Assembly (NCBI RefSeq): GCF_009914755.1
Contig: NC_060938.1
Length of the DNA stretch: 64,000 bases
Strand: one strand, 5' to 3'
DNA from: the human T2T-CHM13v2.0 reference genome, Homo sapiens
Shown: piece after piece, positions 44,746 through 59,142 of the stretch
Layout: the number at the start of each line of letters is the position of its first letter
Position numbering within the stretch: position 1 is the first letter of the stretch
Translations under genes and position numbers: made by a program
Notes under the pieces: model-generated
Databases searched by the model: none
What the model saw: only the letters and a program-made list of their open reading frames with translations
Told to the model about the DNA's origin: nothing

Positions 44746-47079
44746 TGTAAGGATTAATACCGAGTGTCAGCCTGATTGGAATGAAGGATGGAAAGTATTG
44801 ATCCTGGGTGTGTCTGTGAGGGTGTCGGCAAAGGAGATTAACTTTGAGTCAGGGGGTTGGTAGCGGCAGGCCCACCCTTAATCTGGGTGGGCACCATCTA
44901 ATCAGCTGCCAGAGAGGCCAGAATATAAAGCAGGCAGAAGAATGTGAAAAGACTAGACTGGCCCAGCCTCCCAGCCTGCATCTTTCTGCTGTGCTGGATG
45001 CTTCCTGACCTCGAACATCGGAATCCAAGTTCCTCAGCTTTGGGACTCGGGCTGGCTTCCTTGCTCCTCAGCTTGAGACGGCCTATCGTGGGACCTTGTG
45101 ATTGTGTGAGTTAATGCTCCTTAATAAACTATCCCATATATATATATATGTCCCATATATATATATAAACTATATATGTATATATAACTATATATGTATA
45201 TATACACACATATATGTATATGTATATATAACTATATGTGTATATAAACTATATATAAACTATATATATGTCCCATATACATACATATAAACTATCCTAT
45301 ATATATATCCCATATATATATCCTATATATATCCTATATATATATCCTCTATATATATCTTCTATATATATCCTCTCTATATATATCCTCTATATATATC
45401 CTCTATATATATCCTCTATATATATATATCCTCTATATACATATCCTCTATATATATATATCCTCTATATACATATCCTCTATATATATATATCCTCTAT
45501 ATACATATCCTCTATATATATATCTCCTCTATATATATCCTCTATATATATATCCTCTATATATATATCCTCTATATATATATATCCTCTATATATATAT
45601 CCTCTATATATATATCCTCTATATATATATATCCTGTATATATATATATCCTTTATATATATCCTCTCTCTATATATATATCCTCTATATATATATCCTC
45701 TATATATATATATATCCTCTATATATATATATATCCTCTATATATATATCCTCTATATATATATCCTCTATATATCCTCTACATATATCCTATATATTCT
45801 ATATATATATCCTACATATATCCTATATATATATCCTACATATATCTCCTACATATCTCCTATATATATATCTCCTATCTATATATATCTCCTATTTTAT
45901 GTCCTATATATATATCTCCTATCTATATGTCCTATATATATATCTCCTATCCATATATATCCTGTATATATCTCCTATCCATATATATCCTGTATATATC
46001 TCCTATCCATATATATCCTGTATATATCTCCTATCCATATACCCTGTATATCTGCTATCCATATATACCCTATATATATCCTCTACATATATACCCTATA
46101 TATATGTCCTCTACATATATACCCTATATATATGTCCTCTACATATATACCCTATATATCTGTCCTCTACATATATACCCTATATATATGTCCTCTACAT
46201 ATATACCCTATATATATGTCCTCTATATATATACCCTATATATCTGTCCTATATATGTCCTATATATATCTGTCCTATATATATGTCCTATATATATCCT
46301 ATATATATGTCCTATATATATATCCTATGTATATGTCCTATATATACCCTATATATGTGTCCTATATATACCCTATATATGTGTCCTATATATACCCTAT
46401 ATATGTGTCCTATATATATACCCTATATATGTGTCCTATATATATACCCTATATATGTGTCCTATATATATACCCTATATATGTGTCCTATATATATATC
46501 CTATATATATATGTCCTATATATATATCCTATATATATATGTCCTATATATATATCCTATATATATGTCCTATATATATATCCTATATATATGTCCTATA
46601 TATATATCCTATATATATGTCCTATATATATCCTATATATATATGTCCTATATATATCCTATATATACATGTCCTATATATATATCCTATATATACATGT
46701 CCTATATATATCCTATATATACATGTCCTATATATATCCTATATATATGTCCTATATATATATCCTATATATATATGTCCTATATATATCCTATATATAT
46801 GTCCTATATATATCCTATATATATATGTCCTATATATATATCCTATATATATATGTCCTATATATATATCCTATATATATATGTCCTATATATATATCCT
46901 ATATATATATGTCCTATATATATATCCTATATATATATGTCCTATATATATATCCTATATATATATGTCCTATATATATATCCTATATATATATGTCCTA
47001 TATATATATCCTATATATATATGTCCTATATATATATGTCCTATTAGTTCTGTCCCTCTAGAGAACCCTGACTAATACA
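44746..47079 (+). mobile_element. MLT2A (HERV-L) solo LTR enlarged by an internal array
   Basis: TG..CA termini, TSD atggg/atagg; LTR body 44746-45135 and terminal cctattagttctgtccctctagagaaccctgactaataca. Confidence 0.9.
45136..47042. repeat. 1.9-kb TA-rich tandem array: (TA)n blocks separated by CC-containing spacers
   Basis: Seen directly; unit type changes along the array. Confidence 0.98.
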
Positions 47080-48018
47080 ATAGGTATCCCTCCAAAAATT
47101 AAAAATAGAATTTCTATAAGATCCAGCAATTCCACTTCTGAGTATATACCCTAAAGAATTAAAAGCAGGCAGTCAAAGAGATATTTGCACACCCATGTTC
47201 ATAACAACAGCATTAACAATAGCTAAAACATGGAAGCAGCCCAAAGTGTCTGTGGGTGGATGAGTGGATACGTGAAAAGTAGCCCATCCAGACAAAGGAA
47301 TATCACTCAGGCTTAAAAAAGGACATGTGGCTCACAACAGTAATCCCAGCACTTTGGGAGGCTGAGGCAGGTAGATCATGAGGTCAGCAGTTTGAGACCA
47401 GCCTGGCCAACATGGTGAAACCCCATCTCTACTAAAAAAAAAATACAAAAGTTAGCCGGATATGGTGGCGGGCACCTGTAATCCCAGCTACTTGGGAGGC
47501 TGAGGCAGAAGAATCATTTGAACTCGGGAGGCGGAGGTTGCAGTGAGCCCCAAGATTGCGCCACCGCACTCCAGCCTGGCAACAGAGTGAGACTCCATCT
47601 CAAAAAAAAAAAAAAAAGAAGAAGAAGAACTTTATGCAATCTGCTACAGTATGGGCGAACTTGGGGACACTGTGTCACAAAAAGACAAATACTAGATGAT
47701 TCCCCTTACATGAGGCACCCAGAGTAGTCAAAAATATAGAGACAGAAGGGAGAATGGTGGGGACCAGGAGCTGGGAGGGGCAATGGGGAGTTAGCATTTA
47801 ACGGGTATGGAATTTCCACTTTGCAAGATGAAAAGAGTTAACGGAGATGGCTGGTGATGTTTGCACATTACAAACTGTAGGCTTAAAAAGGGTTACGATG
47901 GTAAATGTTTTGTTATGTATATTTTACCACAACAAAAAAAAAATTGAAAAAAAGCAGTCATTGTGATATGCAGCCTATTTCTGCAGACTCCCTGACAGGG
48001 GTCAAATGGGGGTTAAAA

Positions 48019-48374
<356 letters not shown>

Positions 48375-48442
48375 TCAGCTCTCACATCCCTCCCCCTGTC
48401 TGCTGTGGAGACCTCCAGGACCTATCCCATGGTGCCCTATAC

Positions 48443-48605
48443 CCAGCTATCTGCTACAGGAACTGGCTTGCACCAGCTTGCAAGAGCCCATTGTTAAATG
48501 TTTAAATATTCCACAAGCCTGCTGTTAAACCACTGGTAGCTTGAAATGAGCCATGGTGGGAGTATTTACACCATGGAAAGTGTCAAAGGCTACACGTCAG
48601 GCCAA
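48443..48605 (+). mobile_element. MER63A-like hAT relic
   Basis: ggtagcttgaaatgagccatggtgggagtatttacaccatggaaa is shared with the element at 30074. Confidence 0.7.
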
Positions 48606-48779
48606 AGAGTGCGAGTGCACTCTAACAGCCTCAGGGCACAGCTGCAAACGCTGTTCTCCTCATTCGCCAAAGACCCAGGACACCCAGGTCGTCACTTCAC
48701 CCCAGGTCGTACTTCACCCCAGGCCCTAACCCCTGTAAGGCCATTCTCACCTGCTAATCCAACCCCACCTCCAGGCCTC

Positions 48780-49700
48780 CTTACTCCCAAAACCCTCACT
48801 GTTTCCTCTGGAGCTTGAGACACGCCGGGAGCCACAGCTCCTCCTTCCCACAGCTTCTCTCCACCTGCTTGCTCTGACTGGAACCCGGGCCCCTGGAGCA
48901 TCCTCCGTTGCAGTTACTTCCAGATCAACCCCCACCTTCCCCAAACCCGCCAGCCTTGAAGCTGGTGCCATCACACTATGCTCTGTGCCGCCTGTCCTGT
49001 CTGGTTCTCTGCAGACCCTAGTCCCCTCCGTCTTGTTCCTACGCGACTCCTACTCCCGGTTCACTGTCACTCTTGCTAAATCCCTGTCCTAATTCTTGGC
49101 GATTTAAATCTCCACGGAGATGATCCTCCTCCTTCCCTGACCTTTGCTCCTCCAATGATCTTGCCTTCTACCCGTGCTCGGCCACCTCTCCCACGCTCCT
49201 TCTCTAGATCCCTACGTGCCATCCAACAGAGTGGCCACAAACCCCTCAAAATGAGCCTGGTCCAAAGTGAGAGGCACTGTCTGTGTAAATCACATGCGAG
49301 GTTTCAAAGTCGTAGTGTGGGAAAAAATGTAAAATACTTCACTAATAATTCTGAATGTTGATTACATGTTGAGGTGACATTTGGGATGCATTTGGGTTAA
49401 ATAGAATATAATTGTACCTTCTTTACCTCATGTCCCACTCCCCTTCTTCCCATGTGGACTCCATAGTCCATTGTGCCACCCCTCTCTCCTGTGCACCTTC
49501 AGCCCCCTCACCTTTCTCTCATTTCCTCATACTCGCCTGGGAAAAACCTCCAACCTGCTCAATTACAACACAGTGCCAGCACCTGTTAAGCTGAACGAGG
49601 TTGAAGGAAAACACGCAAAGATTCTGACCCTCCACTCAGGTTTTGGCTTCCCCCATTTCAGCAGCGCTCCACCACCACCACCAATTGTTGATTTGTCCTC
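48780..49700 (+). mobile_element. L2 LINE endonuclease-region relic interrupted by a MER33-like piece (~49218-49415)
   Basis: 49086-49124 translates VLILGDLNLHGDD, the L2/CR1 APE ILGDFNIH motif; pyrimidine-rich sense strand. Confidence 0.55.
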
Positions 49701-49769
49701 CCTATTGGAGCCAACCCATCATCTCCCATTATAATAATTCATTCATTAAAAAAATTAAAACTTGATCTC

Positions 49770-50156
49770 TGATATGGTTTGGCTGTGTCCCCAACCACAT
49801 CTCATCTTGAATTGTGGTTACCATAATTCCCACTTGTCATGGGAGGGACCCGGTGGGAGGTAATTGAATCATGGGGGTGGTTACCCCCATGCTACTGTTC
49901 TCATGATAGTGAGTGAGTTCCCACGAGATCTGATGGTTCAATAAGGGGCTTTCCCCCTTTTTGCTCGGTACTTCTCCTTGCTGCTGCCATATGAAGATAT
50001 GAAGAAGGACATATTTGCTTCCCCTTCTGCCATGACTGTAAGTTTCCTGAGGCCTCCCCAGCCATGCTGAACTGTCAGTCAATTAAACCTCTTTCCTTTG
50101 TAAATTACCCAGTCTCGGGTATGTCTTTATTGGCAACGTGAGAACGGACTAATAAA
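49770..50156 (+). mobile_element. THE1 (C/D-like) solo LTR
   Basis: tgatatggtttggctgtgtcccc..ggactaataaa; TSD ATCTC. Confidence 0.92.
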
Positions 50157-50214
50157 ATCTCTCTCTCCCTTTCTGCTCTCCTTTATAGCAAGACTCTTTG
50201 GAAGTATCCATCTG

Positions 50215-50780
<566 letters not shown>

Positions 50781-50921
50781 TGGAAGTATCTATTCTTATT
50801 ATCTTCAATTTTTCTCCTCCCATTTTCTCTTGAACCTTTTCAATCAGTATTTGCCTCCTACCACCACATTGAAGCCCTCCAGTGGCTTCCCTATTTCATT
50901 TGGGATAAAATCCAAAGTCTT

Positions 50922-51217
50922 GGCCAGGTGCGGTGGCTCATGCCTGTAATCCCAACACTTTGGGAGGCCAAGGTGGGCAGATCACTTAAGCTCAGGAGTT
51001 CAAGACCAGCCTGGGCAACATGGTGAAACCCCATCTCTACAAAAAGTACAAAAATTAGCCATGTGTAGGGGCGCATGGCTGTAATCCCAACTACTTGAGG
51101 TGCTGAGGCAGGAGGATTGCGTGAACTTGGGAGGTCGAGGCTGTAGTGAGCCAAGATCATGCCACTGCACTCCAGCATGGGTGACAGAGCGAGACCTTGT
51201 CTCAAAAAAGAAAAATA
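50922..51217 (+). mobile_element. Alu (J/S) inserted in an L2 fragment
   Basis: TSD-like aaa(t/g)cca(a/g)agtctt. Confidence 0.9.
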
Positions 51218-51949
51218 AAGCCAGAGTCTTCGCAGTGCCCACAAGACCCTACGTGACCTGATCTCCCATGACTCATTGCTCCTCGACAGCCACCACTCCG
51301 TTCCATGGAGTAGCCCAGGCCAACTGCTCTGCAGCCAAACTCAGGGAAACTTGGAGAACATGTGTGGACCAGAGGACCCCTTCCTCCTGGCTACCAAAAG
51401 AACCCCCAAATCCTGCAGCCCACCAGCTGTGTGCCCAGACACAATCTGGAGTAGAGGAGTAGACAGTGGCAGCCATCAGAAGCCCCACTGGCCAAACACT
51501 TCAGCCTCAGAATGCTGAGCTGCTCAAAGAACTGGTTAAATGTTTGTATTAGACCAAGGTTACTAGAATGGATGTTTCTCCCCATTGTATTACCCAGCAG
51601 AGAGTACCTTTCAAGAAAGATCAGATTAATTAAGTAGGAAAATGAAGACACTCTATTTTCTTTGCACATCTGATGTATTGTGAGTGATTTTGTGACCCTG
51701 CTACGTGCACGCATATGCACAGAAAAAAAATATCTTAGAATGTAGACCAAAATATTAACAGTGGTTATGGATGAGTGATGGATGAGTGAACTAACTATAG
51801 ATTTGGAAGGATATTGTCTGTTTTAAAAGAAAATGAACACTTTCACTCCCAAACAAGACGGAATGTAGAGACTGGATTTCCTCTCCTGCCTGAAAAAGTC
51901 AAAATAAATTGGACCAAATATATAAAACAAGAGTTCTCAAGACACTGGA

Positions 51950-52319
51950 TGATATGGTTTTGCTATGTCCCCACCCAAATCTCATCTTGAATTGTAGCTC
52001 CCATAATTCCCATGTGTTGTGGGAGGGACCTGGTGGGAGATATTTGAATCATGGGGGTGGTTTCCCCCATACTGTTCTCGTGGTAGTGAACAAGTCTCAC
52101 GAGATCTGATGGTTTTATAAGGGGTTTCCCTCTCCACTTGGTTCCATTCTCTCTTGTCCACCACCATATAAGATGTGCCTTTCACCTTCTGCCATGATTG
52201 TAAGGCTTCCCCAGGCCCGTGGAACTGTGAGTCCATTAAACCTATTAAACCTGTTTTTCCTTATAATTTACCCAGTCTCGGGTATGTCTTTATCAGCAGC
52301 ATGAGGACAGACTAATACA
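51950..52319 (+). mobile_element. THE1B-like solo LTR inserted in a probable old L1M 5' fragment (~51840-52520)
   Basis: tgatatgg..gactaataca; perfect TSD CTGGA. Confidence 0.92.
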
Positions 52320-52829
52320 CTGGATATCAGGTAACTAGGCACAATGATTTCTGAGAATGTGGAAAATAAAGTGAGCCTGCAATTAACCCAGCTTCCTTTC
52401 TTGAGAGGGTTTCCAAGCTACAGTATGGACAAGGGTACCCAGGTGGGGCCTGGCAGGCTCTTCGAGTTGGGAAGACAGAGCTGAGAGTCCAGGGAGACTC
52501 TGGTCACAGGTAGGGGCAGGGGGGTGATGCTGAGAGCCCCTGGGGCATGCCTGCCCTCTACAAAGCTCGTGGTTGAATGCAGGGAGGTGGTCTGGGGGTG
52601 GACTTGGGCAATGGGGAGGCTGCATGGGTTAGAGCCAAGCTCTCCCCTCTTCCAGTCTGTCTGGGCCTCTGCAGCTCCCGGTAACTTTGCACTGATTCCA
52701 GAGACAGTGATTGCTCAGGTACCCAGGTCTGGGTGTAATTAAAAAAAAAACAAAACAACAACAACAACAACAACAACAACAAAAAACCAAACCTGGCTCT
52801 TGGTGCTTTCAGAGATGGCTCAGAGCAGG

Positions 52830-52995
52830 AATTCTCTAGCTTTGGGGTGCATCCTCAGAGGTGGGGGGGGGCTTGCTGAAAAGACAGGTGTATGGTCCCA
52901 CCTCAGGCCTGCTGAACAGAAGCTCTGGAGCAGGCTCAGGAGTTTCTTTTCTAACAGGCTCCCCGAGAGATCCTAGCAAATGTTTGCACAACACT
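52830..52995. mobile_element. MER5A-like hAT relic
   Basis: gggcttgctgaaa..cccacctcaggcctgctgaacagaa..ttttctaacaggctcccc. Confidence 0.55.
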
Positions 52996-53750
52996 CACTT
53001 GGAAGCTATGTGACCAAAACCATGATCACAGGGTTGTCCCTGAACACGGTGGGGAAATAACCTCTCCCTTAAATCTCCCCTGCGTGGTGACTTAGGGGAG
53101 GAGCCGGAAGAGAGCAGTGCTTCACAATAAAAGGAAGAATTGCTTGAACGGAGGCGTTTCAGGCATGAGTCACAGGCCGGGTGTGGAAGAGGAAAGTGTG
53201 AAGCAAGGTAGGCTTCCCAGCACCCCTCCATGCACAGCAGGGGCTGGCCAGCCTCAGCCAGGCCAGATGGAGCCCTGGAGGGTGGGGCTGGCTGCCCAGC
53301 TAGAGTGTCTCCTTTTACTTCCAGCAGGAAAAAAAGGCCTCCTGTCAATAGCAGAATCATCTACGTTTTCCCTGCCTTCCTCACTTAAATGCTTTCGAGG
53401 AGTGGGAGGAAGAAATTGGAGGCTGGAATGAATACCCTTTGCCCTCCTCTGAAAGCAGCCTGGGAGGGGTGACGGGGTGTAGGAGCAGAGACTTCAAGTG
53501 GCCCCCACCTGCCAAACCATTCTCAGGGACAGGTACCAGCTGGGATGTTGGCAGCAGCCGCTCCCCTGCAAGGAGAACCTCCCACTTCCTGTCCCGCACA
53601 CCTGCCTCATTGGAAAGTGACGCACCCACTGTTTGGCCTCGGCAGCCTGATGTTTCTCATCACACAGGAAGACGGTCATGCTACAGGAAGACCTCGGACT
53701 TTGCATCCAGCAGATGTGAGTTCAAATTCCAGCTTTGTAATTTGCAAGCT

Positions 53751-53922
53751 CAGAGGTGGATTTGCTGGGAAGCTAAACAAGCTTACCTGCAGAGCCCCCA
53801 GCTTGCATGGGCCCCTCCCAAGACCTTAACCTCATTTTGTATTCATAATTTTGTAGTCTTTTCCCTTCAAAAGGCAGCCCAAATTTAAAAGCATTAAGCC
53901 CCACAAGACCTGAGTCCACCTA
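53751..53922 (+). mobile_element. MER69A-like hAT-Tip100 element inside a MIR
   Basis: cagaggtggattt..ttttgtattcataattttgta..gccccacaagacctgagtccacct. Confidence 0.7.
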
Positions 53923-54594
53923 GGAGGTGGGAGATATCCCTTGCAGCATGAGAATAATAATTACCACCTCGTAGGGTTGTTCTAGAGATTGTCAGACCGA
54001 GACCACGCCACACACCCAGAAGGCACCCAAGTCACAGAGCCTGATATTGTTCCTGGAGCGCCATTGCATCATCCTTGACCACAAGATCTGCGTCATTGGA
54101 TTTGTCTCAAAAACTTGGGACTCTGGAGATAAAACCTCATTGCAAGGCTACCTTTGCCACTGTATCTTAGCAGCTTTTGAAGCAAAGCATTTCAATATTT
54201 AGACACTGTGTTTCTAATGGGTACTGGGATCAAAATAATAAAAACTCAGTCTGCAAAGGGAGAAGAATAGAAACCAGCAGATTTATTATTTCACAGAATG
54301 TTCCTCTCCTCTCAGGTAAACATGCCTAATAATATCTGCTTAACTAATGAGCACCCGCATTGTCAGTGGGGCCTTGACTCTGACGACGTAATGCATTTCT
54401 GTGCCATTGCACCCCCCACCCATCTCGGAGAGCATCTGAAAATTAAGTGGGGCAGATGTAATTATGCATCTAATATGCAAGGTACATGTGCATGTAGAAG
54501 TGTGCATTGTGTAAACAACTGTATCAAATCAACTGCATGTATCTGCTTGGCTCACGTCCTACAAGCACAATTTTCATTTTATTCCAGTTACTTC

Positions 54595-54888
54595 TTTTTT
54601 TTTTTTTTTTTTACAGAGTCTCACTGTGTTGCCCGGGCTGGAGTGCAGCAGCGCCATATTGGCTCACTGCAACCTCCGCCTCTCAGGTTCAAGCAATTCT
54701 CATGCCTCAGCCTCCCAAGTAGCTGGAATTACAGGCATGCGCCACCACACCCAGCTAATTTTTGTACTTTTAGTAGAGGTGGGGTTTCACCATGCGTTGG
54801 CTGGTCTCAAACTCCTCACTTCAGGTGATCTGCCCACCTTGGCCTCCCAAAGTCCTGGGATTACAGGCATCAGCCACCATGCCCGGCC
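54595..54888 (-). mobile_element. AluS
   Basis: Perfect TSD ttccagttacttctt. Confidence 0.95.
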
Positions 54889-54899
54889 TTCCAGTTACT

Positions 54900-55405
54900 T
54901 CTTGCTGGCTAATAAATCACCCCAGAACCAAGTGGCTTAAGACAGCCATGAGTGTTTTGTAACAAGCATTGGATGACTATTTCCCCCAGCCCTGGGGACT
55001 AACTAGGCTCAGCTTATCTGGGTCTTTCATCCAGTTGCAGTCAGTGGCTTGTGTTTGAGTCATCTGAAGGCTTCCTCACTCACACAGCTGGCATTGGTGT
55101 TGCCTGTTGGCTGGGATCCCAGCTGGGAGTGCTGGCCTCTGTGTGTGGACTGGGCTTCCTCCTAGCATGGCGGCTGTGTTCTGAGGCCCAGCGTCCTGAG
55201 AGAGGTGGGCAGAAGGTGTATTGCCTTTTACGGCCTAGTCTTGTCAGTCGTGTAAGTTTTACCAAACTCACAGGCCAGCCTGGTTTCAAGGAAGGGAACA
55301 TAGTCCTACCTCTCAACAGGAGGACTATCATTGCCACATTGTAAAAAAGAGCATGCAGGATGGGAGGCCTTATTTTGGCCACCTTGGAAAGTGAAACCTG
55401 CCACA
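54900..55405 (-). mobile_element. Old MLT1 LTR
   Basis: aaatcacccc..gtggcttaagaca..gggcttcctcctagcatggcggct..aaacctgccaca. Confidence 0.55.
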
Positions 55406-56344
55406 CATACCTTCCAAGTATGAATAGTAAATCATTGTGTTTTCCTTAAACTTCATCTCTAAGGAGGCCTGCTGGATGATTATTTGTGAATCTAGTGGTC
55501 ATCACTGTCTGTGTTATGAACTTACAATTAATGAGCATGCATTTTCTTGGACGATAATAATCCATAATTCTGACTTCTTACTATTCAGATTAATCTTCTT
55601 CCCACTTTCCCGGTAAGAGTGACTTTGCTGTATTTCGGGGCAGATTCATCCTCCAAGTTACCCTTGCTGCTCCTGAAGCTGAGCAGATTAGCTCCCCAGA
55701 AAATAGCATTTTCCCAGAGGTGCAGGTTGATTTTCTCACGTCCCTCTTTCCGCATGGGAAACAGACTGCAGTTGAGATTCACATGCAGCAGCCTTGGGCT
55801 ATTTCGTTGAGAATCAAATCCGCAGAGATGTGGCATGAAAGGAAAGAAGGCGAGTGCACAGCATGCTCTGGGCTTTCAGGTCACTCAGTGCTCCTCGGAG
55901 CCGCACCAGACACAGAAGACAACACAGGCTCCACCTGGGGGACAGGTTCCACACGGTGTGGCCCAGCGTGACAGTGAGGGTTCCTCCCATAACCAGCACG
56001 GGGCTCTATGTAAGGCCATTCCCTCCCAAAGGAAACTCTTGCGAGATCATTTTTAAGGCTAGTTTCTAGTCTTCTAGCAACCGGGCTGGGTTAGAATTCA
56101 TGCATTTTTTTAGACTTCCATCCTCAGCACTGAAGGCCCACTTCTGAGTGTGCTCCAAGCTGTGCCCAGGGCAGGGAGATGATTCAGACACAGCTGTGCC
56201 CTCCACAGGTCACAGGTGGGTGGAGAAGAGTCATCCCTGCCCACAGGGACAGTTGGTAACAGGGAAAAGGGAAGAACAGGGCTAAGGGAACCCAGGAAAA
56301 GCCCGAGTCAGGTGTTAGAGAAGCAAGCAGCCAGAGTGGGCTGA

Positions 56345-56932
<588 letters not shown>

Positions 56933-57097
56933 AAGATTTGGGTTTTCAAGGGGTGGTGCTGGCTGCTGGGCACAGTGGAATTGAAGGAAAGAGAAGTGGA
57001 TTCTGGGGAGGGCATGGTGGCCACTTCAGAAGCTGCAGGATTCAGAGTTTGAGAAGCCCCAGTGTGCATCAGACCCAGCACGTTGAAATGTACCCAC

Positions 57098-57566
57098 TAC
57101 AAAGAAAAGAAACTTTTTATCTGAGGAAGGCGAGCCCCCTTTAAATGATCAGGCCTAGAGAGGCACTGGAATGAGACAGCTGTCACATCTCACTGCCCCA
57201 CCTGAGAAAAGAAATCTCCTGAGGCCGCTTGCTGTGTGGGCTCTAGGCTGACTGGTACCAGTAGCTATGGATGAACCTAACAATGCCACACACTGGACAC
57301 CATAACCCGTGCCCTGTAGTTCAACAACATATAGATAATCACTCATCAATGTTATTTCTGTAAACCGATGAGAATTCCTGAAAAACAATTTCGCAATCGC
57401 CCCTTTCCTGATTTGTCCTCTTGTATTTAAAAGCTCGAGCCTCTCTTCTCTGGAGCACTTTCCAAGGTAACTTGGGAGTGCTTCCTGGACTACAGTCCTC
57501 AACTGTGGCCCAAATAAACTCTCTACCTGTGTTAATTTCGCTTCCATCTCTTTCTATTGGTCAACA
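57098..57566 (+). mobile_element. ERV solo LTR, subfamily uncertain
   Basis: Perfect 4-bp TSD CCAC, ends in caaca, tatttaaaa box and AATAAA at ~57513. Confidence 0.7.
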
Positions 57567-57724
57567 CCACAATCTACATTTGAAATGTCATTCTTCCATG
57601 CTAGAATATGTATTCGGAAAAAAAATTTTTTAATTTTTTTCTGAAGTTCCTTGGCTGTAATACATTTCATTGACTCTCGGCTGTGATCTGTGGACAATGA
57701 CTGTGCACACCTACAGACTCACTC

Positions 57725-58142
57725 CTCATCTTCGTGAGGCTGGGATAAAGGTACACACGGAGGCTGGTCCCACATCTGTAAAGGCCTCACATGCATGGCT
57801 ACGGGCATCTCGGCCCTCATGTCCGAGCTCCATCCACCCTGCCCCTTAATCAACTCTCCCAACCCCACCCCACCTCAGGTCCAGGATGAACATTCCAGCA
57901 GTGTGGTCTGCCCACAGGGGAGACCCAGGGAAGAGGCCTGCACAGTCCTTAGAAAAAGGCTTAGGGTTTGAGGGTGAGGAATCCCAGGATCCCAGACACC
58001 TGGTGTGGGCTTCAGGTGGGCTCGTGCCCTTGGCCTTCCCAGCTAAGTGGTTCTGCTGGAGGAGGCAGACCAGAGTGGGACCCTCAAAGTCACAGAGCCC
58101 TGGGCCGAGACCCCCAAATGCTCAACTTTAAGGGTGATACTA
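57725..58142 (+). mobile_element. FordPrefect-like hAT-Tip100 relic
   Basis: gtccgagctccatccac..gacccagggaagaggcc..taagggtgatacta resembles the recalled consensus. Confidence 0.55.
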
Positions 58143-59007
58143 TCCTCAGGAATCCTTGCAAAGTAGGAAAATTGAACCCAGTGATTGTTTTCAAGATAGC
58201 TTTATGTTAATACTCAATTTAACCAATTAAAGAAATCGACATAAAATCAACTAACCCCATATGTGGTTTTTTTTTTTTGTTTTTGTTTTTGTTTTTTTTG
58301 GCCCCTGACTTTTGTGGAGACCCATGAGATGCTTGGTCCTGAGCCTAACGGATGCAGGGGCCTGGCTGGGACCCAGCTGGGAAGCTGATGCTGTTCTCCA
58401 GGTGAGCGCTTTACCAAAGGCTGCTCGGAACACTGCCTGCCTCCAAACTGCTGCTTTCCTAACAGGTCACAAACACTTTGCAAGAAGCTGCAATCCGTCA
58501 TCCCCTTCTGCTTGCATCCCCCCTCACATCTGCGGGTGGGAGAGAGGACAGAGCAGGGGGAAGCAGGAACTCTGAGGCTCCCACCTGGGGCACCCACACT
58601 TTGATGGGCAGGAGGTGCTCCTGGCCCGCTGGGTGGGACCTCTCCCAAGAGGTCCATATGCCAACCTGGACGCTGGGGACACACCGAGCTCTCCCTTAGC
58701 CTGACCCACCTTCCTAGAAAGACAGCTCAGGATTCATTTCTGCCCAGGGCTTTCGTCGTGCATGAGAAGTCCCTTCTGCCTTCTATTTTCTCTGCTCCAG
58801 GAAACCTCTCTCCGCAGCCCGAATTCATGACTTCGAACTTTTCCAAGACTTCCAGCACCAAAGACTCAGGACTGACTGATTTTCTCAATATACTACTCCC
58901 CCAACTCCACCTTTGGACTCCCAGTCAATCTCCCTCCCGCTTTTTCCCCCTGTAAAAAACCTAAACTGCTCAGTTCTTCTCCCTCAACCCCCAGATCACA
59001 TCAGCCC

Positions 59008-59142
59008 CTTTGAGAGCTCCACTATGGTCCACCACCTCCAGCAGAGCCACTTAGCTGGGAAGGCCAAGGGCACAAGCCCACCTGGAGCCCACACCGGGTA
59101 TCTGGGATCCTGGAATTCCTCACCCACAAATGCTAACCCTAA
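59008..59142 (-). repeat. Inverted copy of 57961-58089
   Basis: Reverse complement aligns at roughly 85-90% with one 6-nt indel. Confidence 0.93.

Noticed and set aside
44765-44905. Intact DUX4 sites in the MLT2A LTR
   Set aside because: The candidates read tgattggaatga and ccatctaatca, both mismatched to TAAYYYAATCA, so activation cannot be claimed from sequence.
45268-47075. Three overlapping Ile/Tyr-rich ORFs of 382-597 aa
   Set aside because: Translation artefacts of the TA-rich array.
59132-59142. CTAACCCTAA telomere-like sequence at the inverted-copy junction
   Set aside because: Under two repeat units, and ttaggg is already present in the donor arm, so telomerase healing is unsupported.
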